Origin: a bacterium
Lineage (GTDB): Bacteria; Desulfobacterota; DSWW01
Direction of reading: 5' to 3'
DNA: 64,000 nt
Assembly: GCA_040756235.1 (NCBI GenBank)
Contig: JBFLZG010000072.1
Coordinates: 1 to 64,000, forward strand
Shown piece after piece: positions 38,975-49,195 of this stretch. The notes below the pieces were generated by a model. The model was not told the origin of the DNA and made no database searches. It was given only the letters and a program-made list of their open reading frames with translations. The translations under genes and the position numbers were made by a program. Each line of letters opens with the position of its first letter. The first letter of the stretch is position 1.

Positions 38975-40102
38975 ATGATGCCAAACCCAAGACCTTCATC
39001 CCATAGCAATATGCCTGAGGATCAGAAGCTCACTTTCCGCTCAAGGCCCAGATTCTTCCGGCTGCGGATCGCGGCAGCCGTTATTGTCTCCGTTGTTGTC
39101 ACTCTGGCGGGTTTTGCCGCCCTGCTAAGGTGGACCAACTCGCTGACAGAACAGGAGCGGAAGGAGCAGGCCCAAGTCGATTCCTATTTCCACTCTCTGG
39201 AGATATATCCCGACGGCTATCCCCACGCGGAGATAGAAAAGCAGTTGGACCCCCTGATTTTCAAGACACTCAAAAGAGATGACTTTTCCTCGTTTAACCG
39301 ATACCTCAGTGGTTTATCCTCGAAGAACAAAGATGTTCTTCTCGCTCGCATGGAACCGTTGATGTTTGAGTGGGCGAAGCAAGTCGACACCGTTGAATCA
39401 TATGACAAGTATCTCAGTCATTATCCCAACGGTGCACATCTCAGGGAAGTGCAAACGAACATGGACCCCGTTTTTTTCAAGAAGGCACAAAAGGAGGACT
39501 GGTATTCCACCTACGAGGAATACATTAAGAAATGCCCGAACGGACAGGGCGTTCAGAAAGCTACAGATAGACTCGAATATCTGAAGGCAAATAAAGCTAT
39601 TGTCGAAATCCAATTTCCAAAGGTAGTGGAGCAGGGGAACAGGCTGGACTCGAACGTACCCAACTGGGGCTGGACCACGGTCTTCAAAGAGAAGGGGGGC
39701 AAAGTGGCCTATAAGGTCAGTGCCTCTGGGCACATTGAAGATCCGAGGGGTCGGGACTGGGGATCTCAAACCTATGCCAATAATAGTCTCGGCCCGGTCC
39801 GCCCTCTAACACGAAGAGAAGTGAAAGTGCGTGCAGGAGGCGCCGACAGGGATCCCGCGTGGTGTTCCGTTGAGCAGATGGAAACAACGCTCCGAAACTC
39901 CAAGGGCTCTCATGTCTTATGCAATGGATATGCGATTTTCTATTGGGAAGGCGAGGACGCTGGTGGTCACCCGATCAAACTGGAGGAAAAGGTCAAGCTC
40001 CAGCATACTGAATGCCCCGGCTCCATTCCGGAACCGGAACCACCGACTCAGATGTTCCATCAGCCTGCCCGACCTTTTCCGCCGCCATCTCTGTTTCCTT
40101 GA
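38975..40102 (+). CDS. Hypothetical membrane-anchored protein with Y..YL..YPNG-type helical repeats
   Basis: One N-terminal TM; repeats SYFHSLEIYPDG, SYDKYLSHYPNG, TYEEYIKKCPNG; visibly lower GC. Confidence 0.7.
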   Translation: MMPNPRPSSHSNMPEDQKLTFRSRPRFFRLRIAAAVIVSVVVTLAGFAALLRWTNSLTEQERKEQAQVDSYFHSLEIYPDGYPHAEIEKQLDPLIFKTLKRDDFSSFNRYLSGLSSKNKDVLLARMEPLMFEWAKQVDTVESYDKYLSHYPNGAHLREVQTNMDPVFFKKAQKEDWYSTYEEYIKKCPNGQGVQKATDRLEYLKANKAIVEIQFPKVVEQGNRLDSNVPNWGWTTVFKEKGGKVAYKVSASGHIEDPRGRDWGSQTYANNSLGPVRPLTRREVKVRAGGADRDPAWCSVEQMETTLRNSKGSHVLCNGYAIFYWEGEDAGGHPIKLEEKVKLQHTECPGSIPEPEPPTQMFHQPARPFPPPSLFP

Positions 40103-40422
40103 TATGAATCTGGGGTTTCTTAAGCCGCCTCAGATTTCTCTACCCGAGCATTCGGGCTGGGCGCCACCACTTCCTGCAATTCGGCGGGGAGGGGTGACAA
40201 GAAATCCCTTTTTGATGATCTCCGTGTAGTGCGTACGGCGAAGTAATAGGGGAGACTGCCGCATCAGGCGGTGCACCACTGTGGGAGCTAGCTTTTGCTA
40301 GGTTCACTGTCCCACTAGCCGCGGCACGAGCTGAGCTGCCAGCTTTGTGGGGAAATCGAGATCATCGAAGGCGATGGCATGCTTACTGCCGGCAGGTTAA
40401 GAGCACGTTGGGAGGAACGAAC

Positions 40423-40899
40423 ATGAAATACTCAGTGGCCTTTCACTGGGCTAATCACGCTGATAGAGACGAGATCGCAAACGAATTCTTTTCTCGGTTC
40501 GCAACGCACATCGGAACGTTTCCGTTATCGTGTGACCTCTCGCTTGCACTTTGCAGGAATGAGAGTGGCGACGGCCTCGTCCATCTGTTCCTCGACGCCG
40601 AGAAATACGAGACGATGGGACAGGGCGGCAAGGAAGTATGGGAGATAGTGAATGACTTCATCGAAGCCTCCGGCTGTCCCAGGCCCCAAGGATCGGATTC
40701 GATTTCTACGCGTGCGCTGGCAGACGTACGCCAGAGCCTGGCGGAAGTGCGAGTGCGTATATTGTCGAGCGTGAAACGCAAAGGCGGCCGAGTTACATCA
40801 GAAAATCGCGTCTCCTCTCTGGGCGGCACATCTTCTTTAGAGGCCGGGAAGAAATGGTATCAATTCTGGACGAGGAATTCACGTCGGACATCCAGATAG
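40423..40899 (+). CDS. Hypothetical protein with C-terminal KKWYQFW motif
   Basis: GGAGG RBS then ATG 40423; aromatic/basic tail. Confidence 0.6.
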   Translation: MKYSVAFHWANHADRDEIANEFFSRFATHIGTFPLSCDLSLALCRNESGDGLVHLFLDAEKYETMGQGGKEVWEIVNDFIEASGCPRPQGSDSISTRALADVRQSLAEVRVRILSSVKRKGGRVTSENRVSSLGGTSSLEAGKKWYQFWTRNSRRTSR

Positions 40900-41248
40900 T
40901 GAATCCGAAGCCCCCTGTCCGCGATTTCAGATAATGCGATGCGATCACAGACTGAATAAGCCCCGTGATTCCGCTTCCGGGTCAGCCCTGGCCAGCCGTT
41001 CCGCCCGAACCGCGGATCGGGGTCCCGGAAAGGGCCGGAACGCCTGGGGCGAGCGCGGCCTTCTGGATCCCAGCAAGGGCGCAGCAAGCAGCGCCCCTAC
41101 GGTACCCCGTGGAAGCGTCGGGCGGGATGAACGTCCCCTGCATTCCATCGCTGGAGGACGCGCCGTGAGCAGGATCACCCTGGCGGGACGATGACAGGAG
41201 GCACTCTCCAGCCGAAGCACTCCTGCGCATGAAAGCCCCGGCGCGGGA

Positions 41249-42262
41249 TCAGCCGCCCAGGCATTCGAGGGCATACGTCATCAGGCTGGGCATGGAATCC
41301 TTCAGCACTTCCCACTCCGGGTCGTGGCGCTTGCCGCGCCGGTGCAGCATCAGATTGAATCCGGTGATGACGGCGAACTTGTAGGCGGCAAGGGCCCGGA
41401 ACCAGGATACGTCGGCAGGCTCGGACCCCAGCGCTTTGACATACATGCCCAGGAGATCGTCCGGGGCCGGAAGAAGCCCCCTGCCCAGCACCCCATCCTC
41501 GAGCGCCCACGCTCCGGGCTCGCTGAACGTGAGGATCCAGCCGAGGTCGTTCAGGGTGGCTCCGATTCCCGTGAGCTCCCAATCCAGCACGGCCAGCAGG
41601 GTGCCGTCCGGCGCATAGAACAGATTCCCCCACTGGTAGTCTCCGTGGTAGAGCCCGATCTGCGGATTCTTCGGTTTGCGCTCCAACAACCTCGCACGCA
41701 CCGTCGGAAAAAGGGCCAGGGCTTGCGGCTCGGCCGCGCGCTCGCAGAAACGTTCCCAGCGCAGGACGTCGAGGTCGAGCTCGATCGGCGCGCCGAGGGT
41801 TCCTGCCTTGGCTCTCCAGTCCACCTGGTGGATGCCCGCGAGGGCCGTCATGGCCTGCTCGGCCATCCGCCGTCGCACCTCGGCGGGCAGGCCCGCAAAC
41901 GCTTCGACGTCTTTCAGGCTCAGGACATTGCCGGCAAGCCGGGGCGTGACGAAGAAGGGGGTTCCGAACCACTGCGGGTCGTCACCCGACCACACCACGG
42001 GCGCATGGGGAACGCCCGTTCCGTCCAGGGCCTTCAGAGCGCACACCTGACGCAGCACATCGGCCGTGCCCTCGAGCTTCACACCCGGCGGCGGAAGCCG
42101 GAGCACGTAGCCCTCGGTCGCGGCCCCGCGTGTCACGTCGAAGAAGTAGGAGAAGCCGGCATGACCCGGAGCCTTGCGCACGCGGCTGACCACGGCCCCG
42201 GCATCCTGTAGCTGCGCCCGGCAGAACCGCGTCAGCTGATTCGAGAGCTCCTCGTTGTCCAT
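41249..42262 (-). CDS. APH/choline-kinase-like phosphotransferase (ACAD10 N-domain-like)
   Basis: YVLRLPP, GTPFFV, HGDYQWGN, AVLDWE, DLGW. Confidence 0.88.
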   Translation of the reverse strand: MDNEELSNQLTRFCRAQLQDAGAVVSRVRKAPGHAGFSYFFDVTRGAATEGYVLRLPPPGVKLEGTADVLRQVCALKALDGTGVPHAPVVWSGDDPQWFGTPFFVTPRLAGNVLSLKDVEAFAGLPAEVRRRMAEQAMTALAGIHQVDWRAKAGTLGAPIELDLDVLRWERFCERAAEPQALALFPTVRARLLERKPKNPQIGLYHGDYQWGNLFYAPDGTLLAVLDWELTGIGATLNDLGWILTFSEPGAWALEDGVLGRGLLPAPDDLLGMYVKALGSEPADVSWFRALAAYKFAVITGFNLMLHRRGKRHDPEWEVLKDSMPSLMTYALECLGG

Positions 42263-42321
42263 CGTGCACTCCTGGTGGCTGGTAACCGGGAAGGGCGCGG
42301 CAAGCGGCGCCCCTACAGAAG

Positions 42322-44331
42322 CTATTGCTGCTCTCCCGGCGGCGGAACCCGGTAGACGCGAATGCCGTCATCCTCGTAGGTAACCGGGAAGTGCCAGAGA
42401 TCCCTTACGATCCGCTCCGACCGTCCGATGGCTGCGACCGGATCGTCCGTGGGCAGAAGCTCGGGATGGGACGCGAGCACGAACCGGAGTCCGAGTGCCA
42501 GCCGCATCCGGTCGGGCCAGCCGGCGTCAGGCCAGGCCGCCTCCACGGATCGGATCCACGTTTCCGCAGCCCCTCCGGTTGCGCGCACCTCAGAGAGCGG
42601 ACCGCCCTCCCCTGCCCCGTCTTCGCAGGCGACCTGTCGACCCAGGGCTCGCCGGATCCTCTCGCACACCGGACCGAGTTCGGGAGGCCTGGGATAGATG
42701 AGCAGCTCCACCCCGAGCCGGGCCAGCTCTTCACGAGCCTGATCCGCGGCCGCCCCTCCCTTCCCGGGCCCCGTCATCTCTCCGGAAAAGACGGTGCGGA
42801 GCACGTCCGAGCTCCGGATGAGCTCCTGATACCGCGGGGACGGTCTCGCCACGTAACCCCCCACCAGCTTCTTCCCGTGCACCGTGGTGCAGAACAGAGC
42901 TTTGCCCCTGAGCGTGAGGTCGATGAGGGCGTAGTCCCGCGGGTCCTCGCCCAGGCAGCTGTAAAAGGGCGAAACGAAGTGTCTGGCCGTGAACACCGGA
43001 ACGTGCAGATGGTCCAGCGCGCAGAGCAGCGCCAGACCGGCCGCGGCGAACCGCAGCCGTCCCTTCCTGCCCGCCTCATGCGTGGCCCGCTCCTGCAACG
43101 CTTTCACGGCGTATCCTGCCAGCACCGCCAGGCATGCCGTGGTCACCACGTGAAAGCGCGCAGGGACGCCGGCGAGCGAGAAGAAGGGCAGCCCGCGATG
43201 AAGCAGAAGGTACGGCAGCGGCAACGGCAGGGCCCTGCCCGCTACATTGAGGAAAGGCCCCAGCGACAGCACCCAGAACAGCAACAGCGCGCCAAGCCAG
43301 AAGCTTCGGGCTGCTCGCGGAGCCTTTGGCACACCCCACAGGAGAAGCAGCAGAACGGAATAGCCGATGAAGGTCGCGCCCTCGATGGGGTTGGCCCGGA
43401 AGTGGGCCCAGACCGGCTGGAAGAGCATGCCCCAGGTGGAGGTGAACGAAGGGATGAAGAAGCTCAGCAGGTCGGCCGGGTATTGTTCCGGAGCGTGCCC
43501 GGCCTCATGGCCCCCGCGGACCGCCTCCGCGACCATCCCCACGACGAGCGGCGACAGCACGACAGCAGCCGCGCACGAGATCAGGAAAGCGGTCCTGAGA
43601 ACGCGCGCGCTTTCTTTGCCGCCCCACGGGACGGAAAAGTAGACCGCGACGAAGGCGGTGAAAAGGAAGCCGTAGACCAGGTAGTACCAGCAGGAGAGGC
43701 CGTTGAGCACGAGGCAGATCGCGGCCGCAACGAGATTCTTCTTGCCGGGCTCCCGCAGTGAGCGGATCAGGAAGAGCAGGTAAAGCGGCAGCCACTCCGA
43801 AGAGATCGTGGTCAGGTGCCCCAGTGCGTGCGCGAACCGGTAGGACGAGAAAGCGAACAGGAACCCGGCCACGAAAGACGGCAGGCGCCGTCCGATGAGA
43901 TGGAAAGCCAGCAGGTACATGGCCACCGCGCTGGCCCAGAACGAGAACAGCACGATCACGTTGTAGGCCGCCACGATCGGAAAGACGCGCTGGAGCGGGA
44001 GCGAGAGGACCGCGTTGAACAGGGTGGTCGGGTTGAGCTGGAACGAGGCGCCCAGGGGGTGGCCGATCTGGTCGGAGTGAAAAGGCGAGACGTGGAGCTC
44101 GGTCACCGCCCGGCCGAACCACTCGAGCCACCACAGGAACGCGTAGTTGTCGCCCACGTCGCCGCAGAGGCGAGTCCGCAGCCCGAGGGCCACGGGCATG
44201 GTGAAGACGACGGTCAGCGCGAGGTAGAGGAGCGAGACCGGCAGAAGGCTCCGGCGCGAGCAGCCGGCGGGAGGAGCAAAGGCGTCCTCGACGGATTTCT
44301 TCTCGAGCAGCGATCTCTGCCAGCCTGGCAT
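42322..44331 (-). CDS. Multi-pass membrane protein, GT-C glycosyltransferase/YfhO-like
   Basis: About 11 hydrophobic segments, GD...F.W...W, FAFS.YR..H..GH, LSLGP, P.RF, HGK.LVGGY. Confidence 0.6.
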   Translation of the reverse strand: MPGWQRSLLEKKSVEDAFAPPAGCSRRSLLPVSLLYLALTVVFTMPVALGLRTRLCGDVGDNYAFLWWLEWFGRAVTELHVSPFHSDQIGHPLGASFQLNPTTLFNAVLSLPLQRVFPIVAAYNVIVLFSFWASAVAMYLLAFHLIGRRLPSFVAGFLFAFSSYRFAHALGHLTTISSEWLPLYLLFLIRSLREPGKKNLVAAAICLVLNGLSCWYYLVYGFLFTAFVAVYFSVPWGGKESARVLRTAFLISCAAAVVLSPLVVGMVAEAVRGGHEAGHAPEQYPADLLSFFIPSFTSTWGMLFQPVWAHFRANPIEGATFIGYSVLLLLLWGVPKAPRAARSFWLGALLLFWVLSLGPFLNVAGRALPLPLPYLLLHRGLPFFSLAGVPARFHVVTTACLAVLAGYAVKALQERATHEAGRKGRLRFAAAGLALLCALDHLHVPVFTARHFVSPFYSCLGEDPRDYALIDLTLRGKALFCTTVHGKKLVGGYVARPSPRYQELIRSSDVLRTVFSGEMTGPGKGGAAADQAREELARLGVELLIYPRPPELGPVCERIRRALGRQVACEDGAGEGGPLSEVRATGGAAETWIRSVEAAWPDAGWPDRMRLALGLRFVLASHPELLPTDDPVAAIGRSERIVRDLWHFPVTYEDDGIRVYRVPPPGEQQ

Positions 44332-44486
44332 GTCGGTTGCCAGTCTTCACTTGCCGTTGTGTGGTGGTGCCAAGCCCCTGCGGCCGTCCGTCCGGACAAG
44401 GAGCTGCTGTTGGCGGGTGCTCAGACTACAGGCGGGCGTACGGAAGTGTCAACGCCGTGAGTACGGGAGTCGAGCGCGTCCATGAC

Positions 44487-44777
44487 TCAGAAATACTCGA
44501 TCCAGGGAGGGGCCAGCTCCGGGGCGTGCTTCCCGTAGAACACCAGCCGGTAGCAAAGGTCCTTCAGGTCATGGAGCCGCTGCCGGAAGATGTCCTGACC
44601 GGACGCGTGCACGCACTCGAGCCCGTTGGTTTCGATGATGGCGACGTTCACGTCCCTGCTGTTCTCCCTGAGGCATTCGATCAGCTCATGGGCCGAGACG
44701 TCGTTGAAGTCGCCCGCAAGCCTGAGCTCGAGATCTCCACCGGCCCGCTGCATCTCGATGTTGAAACGAGATCCCAT
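44487..44777 (-). CDS. Small STAS-like (anti-sigma antagonist-like) protein
   Basis: LELRLAGDF..VSA.ELI pattern; GGAGG RBS before ATG 44777. Confidence 0.6.
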   Translation of the reverse strand: MGSRFNIEMQRAGGDLELRLAGDFNDVSAHELIECLRENSRDVNVAIIETNGLECVHASGQDIFRQRLHDLKDLCYRLVFYGKHAPELAPPWIEYF

Positions 44778-45324
44778 GATCGTCCCTCCTCCGGCTCCTC
44801 GGAATGGTGCACCGAGAGCCTTTGCGGACTCGGGCGCCGCTTCCCCCCGAGGGGCCCATCCCGGCATTGCCGGGTGACACTCCGCTCTTGCACGAAGCGG
44901 CGCCGGCATCTCTTACGGAAGCGGATGGGGGAGGCGAGAAATCTCGGGTCCTTCAGAAAGCGCTGAGGAGCAGGGCGAAGATGCTGCTGACTTTCTCCCC
45001 TTTCTCATCAAATATGTTCTTCGACTGCCGGTCCGATGTCAACGGAAATGTCAGCTTCGTTATGCGTTGTAATTCCTTAGTACTTGTAAAACGATCTTTG
45101 CGATCTCATCGCAGACAAGTCGTCAATCGCTCTCGAAAGGCCTTCCTCCCAAGTGCCTGTCTCAATGGCTCGAAAAGATCTTTCACATTTCTTAGGCAGC
45201 GTTATGAAAAGATCCTCCAACGAAGGATCTCTTCCGAAGACAGGCTGATATAAATTTCTCCTAGCCAAAGAAAGAAGGACAAGCCGTCTCCCGGGCAGGG
45301 CCGTTCAGACGATTTCGGGTTGAA

Positions 45325-45333
45325 TGGTATAAT
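45325..45333 (+). promoter_or_regulatory. Extended -10 promoter
   Basis: Perfect TGnTATAAT (TGGTATAAT) about 50 bp upstream of ATG 45386. Confidence 0.55.
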
Positions 45334-45385
45334 TCCTCCCGAGCCGGAGAGAGCACCCTTCGGAGAACGGGTCGCGAGCGAGCGA

Positions 45386-46153
45386 ATGCTGAAGACAAGA
45401 CGCACTTGTGTTTATCACATCACCTGGGCCAGCCGGCACGGTATCTGCTGCCTTTTTTTCTGGGGATGCAACCTCCGCTGCCGGATCTGCCTTCTCAAGA
45501 AAGAGGTCCTGGACTGTCACCTCCCCGAAACACGCCTCAGGATCTACGACCCCGCACACCGAAACCCCAGACCCGGGCGGTACCTCGAGCTCGGAGAGCT
45601 CATCGGGTTGCTCGACCCGCTCCCCATCCGAAAGGTCTTTCTCATGGGTGCAGAGCCGCTCTGCGACGACACCCTGCTGGAGATCCTCAGGTATCTGAAG
45701 GACGCCAGAGACTGCACCGTCTCGCTCCTCACGAACGGCAGGCTGGAGGCGCCGGTCGCGCTGCTCGACGAGGTGGTCTTCAGCATCAAGGCGGTGACTC
45801 CGTCTCTGCACCGCCACTACACGGGTTTCGGCAACAGGAGCATTCTGAGTCACTTCGGAGCGCTGGCGAAGCTCGGCCGCCCGCGGCTCTGTGCGGAGAC
45901 GGTCTTCATTCCGGGCTATGTCAACGAGGCCGAAGTGATGCGCATCGCCTCCTTCATCGCATCCTGCGATCCGCAGATCCCGTTCCGGATCGACGCCTAT
46001 CTCCCGGTGCCCGGGCATCCCTGGAGGTCCCCCACCGTGGAGGAGATCGAGGCCCTGGCCGAGAGAGTCCGCCCCACCCTCCCGAGGACCACGTGCCTGC
46101 ACGGGAAACGAGGAAGCGAGCCCTTGGCCTATCCGGTGGAGAGGGTCTTCTGA
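45386..46153 (+). CDS. Radical SAM protein (PflA/activating-enzyme-like)
   Basis: FWGCNLRCRIC (CxxxCxxC), GAEP, LLTNG, FSIKA, TVFIPGY. Confidence 0.85.
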   Translation: MLKTRRTCVYHITWASRHGICCLFFWGCNLRCRICLLKKEVLDCHLPETRLRIYDPAHRNPRPGRYLELGELIGLLDPLPIRKVFLMGAEPLCDDTLLEILRYLKDARDCTVSLLTNGRLEAPVALLDEVVFSIKAVTPSLHRHYTGFGNRSILSHFGALAKLGRPRLCAETVFIPGYVNEAEVMRIASFIASCDPQIPFRIDAYLPVPGHPWRSPTVEEIEALAERVRPTLPRTTCLHGKRGSEPLAYPVERVF

Positions 46154-46202
46154 CCGTGCGGGGGCGTGATGCTGGACCAAAAATCGGGCATGGCCTACTA
46201 TA

Positions 46203-46353
46203 GAGGCTGTCCCGAACGCCCATCTGCGGCGTTGCACTCATCCTTCGTCACTGCGGCGTACGGCCATGTACGCCTCGTTCCTCAGGATTTCGTGCGCCTT
46301 GCATCTGGGCATTTCTGAACAGCCTCTGAATTAGAGCCTGTTGGGACAGACTC
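46203..46353 (-). mobile_element. MITE copy 4
   Basis: GAGGCTGTCCC...GGGACAGACTC; core is the reverse complement of copy 1; only TA repeated at the flanks. Confidence 0.7.
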
Positions 46354-46505
46354 TACTACGATCGAGCGCATGCCCCGGAAGCGACGGGGCCGCAAGACCC
46401 GGCGTTGAAGGATTTCGGGAAATCGTGCGGCCTGGATTGCGAGCCCGCGGGCGCAAGGCTGAAGCAGACGGGTCGGCTCGAGTGAGTGAGAGAGGGGGTA
46501 ACCTC

Positions 46506-47615
46506 GTGCGTTCCGAAGGTCCGCGGCCGGAAGATATCCTGAAGGAGACCCAGCAGAACCTCCGCGACGTCGTGGAGCTTTCTCTGACCGGCATTTCGAT
46601 CATCCAGGACGGCAGGATCATCTACCGGAACCCCGAGCAGCGGCGCCTGCTCGGGCGACTGCCGCACCTGTTCGATCTCGACCATCCCGAGCACCTTCAC
46701 CCCGAGGACGTGGAGAAGGTGCGGTCCTTCTACCAGAGGATCACATCGGGCGAGGTGAAGAGCCTCGACACGGATTTCCGTTTCTACCAGCTCGACCCGG
46801 AAGGCGGAAAGTCCGACATGAAGTGGGTCCACTGCCGTGCCACCCGGTTCGAGTTCCAGGGAAGAGGCGCCATTCTCGTCAATCTCATGGACCTCACCGA
46901 GTCCAAGAGCCTGGAGCGCCTGCTCATGCTCCAGGGCAAGATGGAGTCCTTGGGGCGCGTGGCGGCCGGGATCGCCCACGAGATCCGCAATCCCCTGTCC
47001 GGCATCAACATCTACCTGAACACGCTGGAGAGGATCCTGGACCGGGGCTGGGATCCCGACAAAGCGAGAAAGATCCTGGAAGAGATGAAGGCGGCTTCGA
47101 ACCGGATCGAGGCCGTCATCCGCAGGGTCATGGACTTCTCCAAGCCCGGCGAGCCCAGGACCGTTCCGACCGACCTGAACGCCTGCATCCTGGAGGCGGT
47201 CAAGCTGAGCGAGGTCGTCCTGCGCAAGCGCGGCATCCGGCTCGAACGCCGCCTGACGCCCGACCTGCCGGAGTGCCGAGCGGACCCGCAGATGATCACG
47301 CAGGTGATCCTGAACCTCATCACCAACGCCGCGGACGCCATGAAGGGGTGCACGGGAGAGACGAAGATCGAGATCGACTCGCGCCGCGCGGACGGCGGTG
47401 TCCGGGTGAGCGTCGCGGACTCCGGGCCGGGGGTGCCGCCGGAGCAGAGAGAGAAGATCTTCGATCCTTTTTTCACCACCAAGGACGGGAGCACCGGCAT
47501 CGGCTTGAGCATCTGCCAGAGGATCGCCAAGGACCACGGCGGCACCCTGGACGTCGCGGAGAGCGACCTGGGGGGGGCCGAGTTCGTCTTCACCATCCCG
47601 ATCGCAGGGAGATGA
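46506..47615 (+). CDS. PAS-domain sensor histidine kinase
   Basis: AHEIRNPL H-box, NLITNA, DSGPG, FDPFFTTK, GIGL; probable GTG start 46506. Confidence 0.92.
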   Translation: MRSEGPRPEDILKETQQNLRDVVELSLTGISIIQDGRIIYRNPEQRRLLGRLPHLFDLDHPEHLHPEDVEKVRSFYQRITSGEVKSLDTDFRFYQLDPEGGKSDMKWVHCRATRFEFQGRGAILVNLMDLTESKSLERLLMLQGKMESLGRVAAGIAHEIRNPLSGINIYLNTLERILDRGWDPDKARKILEEMKAASNRIEAVIRRVMDFSKPGEPRTVPTDLNACILEAVKLSEVVLRKRGIRLERRLTPDLPECRADPQMITQVILNLITNAADAMKGCTGETKIEIDSRRADGGVRVSVADSGPGVPPEQREKIFDPFFTTKDGSTGIGLSICQRIAKDHGGTLDVAESDLGGAEFVFTIPIAGR

Positions 47616-47622
47616 TTCCGGC

Positions 47623-49032
47623 ATGACGACGCATTTCACGCTTTACGTGGTGGATGACGAGCAGTCCATCCGGGACGGGCTCGAGACCGCCTTTGCGGAC
47701 GCCTACCGGGTGAGGACCTTCGCCACGGGCGAGGACGCGCTCGCGGCCCTGAAGGCCGATCCTCCGGACCTCGTCCTGCTGGACATCGGACTGCCGGGCA
47801 TGAACGGCATCGAGGTGCTGCGGGAGACCCGGCGCACCGAGGCCGAGGCGCTCGTCATCATGATCACGGCCTACGAGGACGTGGCTACGGCCGTCTCCGC
47901 CATGAAGCTCGGGGCGCACGACTACATCGTGAAGCCGCTCCAGATGGACAGCCTCGAGGTCACGATCCGGAACGCACTGGATACGATCCGGCTGCGCAAG
48001 GAGATCCAGGCCCTCCAGGAGCGTTCTCTCAAGGAGAGCATTCCCGGCTTCATCGGCGAGAGCGAGGCGCTCCAGGAGGTCATGGAGCTCATCCGCAAGG
48101 TGGCGCGCAGCCCGAACACGCCGGTCCTGATCACAGGGGAGACGGGCACGGGCAAGGAGCTCGTCGCCCGGGCCATTCACTTCTGGAGCCCGAACTTCAA
48201 CGGGCCCCTGGTCACGGTCAACTGCGCGTCCCTCCCCAAGGACCTCGTCGAGAGCGAGCTGTTTGGGTACGAGAAGGGCGCCTTCAGCGGTGCCAGCCTC
48301 TCGGGCAAGAAGGGGCTCATCGAGGAGGCGGCCCGGGGAACCCTGTTTCTGGACGAAGTCGGCGACCTGAGCCCCGAGGCCCAGGCCAAGCTCCTGCGCT
48401 TTCTGGAGGAAGGAGAGTTCTACCGCCTCGGCTCCACACGCAAGATCCAGGTCCGGACCCGGGTGGTTTCCGCCACCAACCAGGATCTGGACGAGCTCAT
48501 GAAAAAAGGCGCCTTCCGCAAAGATCTCTATTTCAGGCTCGGCGTCATCCGCGTGAAGGTCCCGTCTCTCAACGAGCGACGGGACGGGATTCTCCCGCTG
48601 GCCAAGCACTTCCTCGTACACTTCGGAAAAGAATTCGGCCGCACCTTCACCGGCTTCACCCCGGAGGCCGAGCAGGCGCTCAAGTCACGCGAATGGACCG
48701 GCAACGTCCGGGAGCTTCGCAACGTGATCGAGAGGGCCGCGCTCACCGGAAGGGGGCCGGAGCTGACGGCCGGCGATCTGGGCCTGGAAGGCGACGTGGG
48801 GGGGCGCGCCGGCGGCCAACACGAACAGGCCGGGGCTAAGGGGCATCCGCAGCTGCCCCCCATTCCCCCCGAGGGGATCGACTTTCCCTCAGTTCAGAGG
48901 GCCTTCGAGCGGCACTATATCGAGCAGGCCGTTCAGATGGCCGGAGGTAACGAGACCCAGGCCGCCAGACTGCTGCACATCAACCACCACACCTTCCGGT
49001 ACCACAGAAAAAAGCTGCAAGAAGAGGGTTGA
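47623..49032 (+). CDS. NtrC-family sigma54-dependent response regulator
   Basis: VVDDE, LLDIGLP, GETGTGKE, ESELFG..KGAFSGA, FRKDLYFRL, GNVREL, HTH. Confidence 0.93.
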   Translation: MTTHFTLYVVDDEQSIRDGLETAFADAYRVRTFATGEDALAALKADPPDLVLLDIGLPGMNGIEVLRETRRTEAEALVIMITAYEDVATAVSAMKLGAHDYIVKPLQMDSLEVTIRNALDTIRLRKEIQALQERSLKESIPGFIGESEALQEVMELIRKVARSPNTPVLITGETGTGKELVARAIHFWSPNFNGPLVTVNCASLPKDLVESELFGYEKGAFSGASLSGKKGLIEEAARGTLFLDEVGDLSPEAQAKLLRFLEEGEFYRLGSTRKIQVRTRVVSATNQDLDELMKKGAFRKDLYFRLGVIRVKVPSLNERRDGILPLAKHFLVHFGKEFGRTFTGFTPEAEQALKSREWTGNVRELRNVIERAALTGRGPELTAGDLGLEGDVGGRAGGQHEQAGAKGHPQLPPIPPEGIDFPSVQRAFERHYIEQAVQMAGGNETQAARLLHINHHTFRYHRKKLQEEG

Positions 49033-49195
49033 CTGCCGGTCTCTTGGCAGGAGTGCGCTGGTGCCCCGCCCTCGCCTGTCTCATGCGGGACCCCTGTTGC
49101 ACTCCGGTGAGCGCAGCGTTTTCCCGAGCCACGTCGTCGCAACCTCGCTGCATTGGGATCGCCACCTCGCGGTTGCCGCACGTCATGGGCCGATA

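Noticed and set aside
40200..40420. Integron attC site before the KKWYQFW gene
   Set aside because: No convincing RYYYAAC...GTTRRRY pair and no integrase in the window
44960..45270. Small CDS (45077-45268) in an AT-richer spacer
   Set aside because: No RBS or motif support; more likely regulatory DNA between divergent genes
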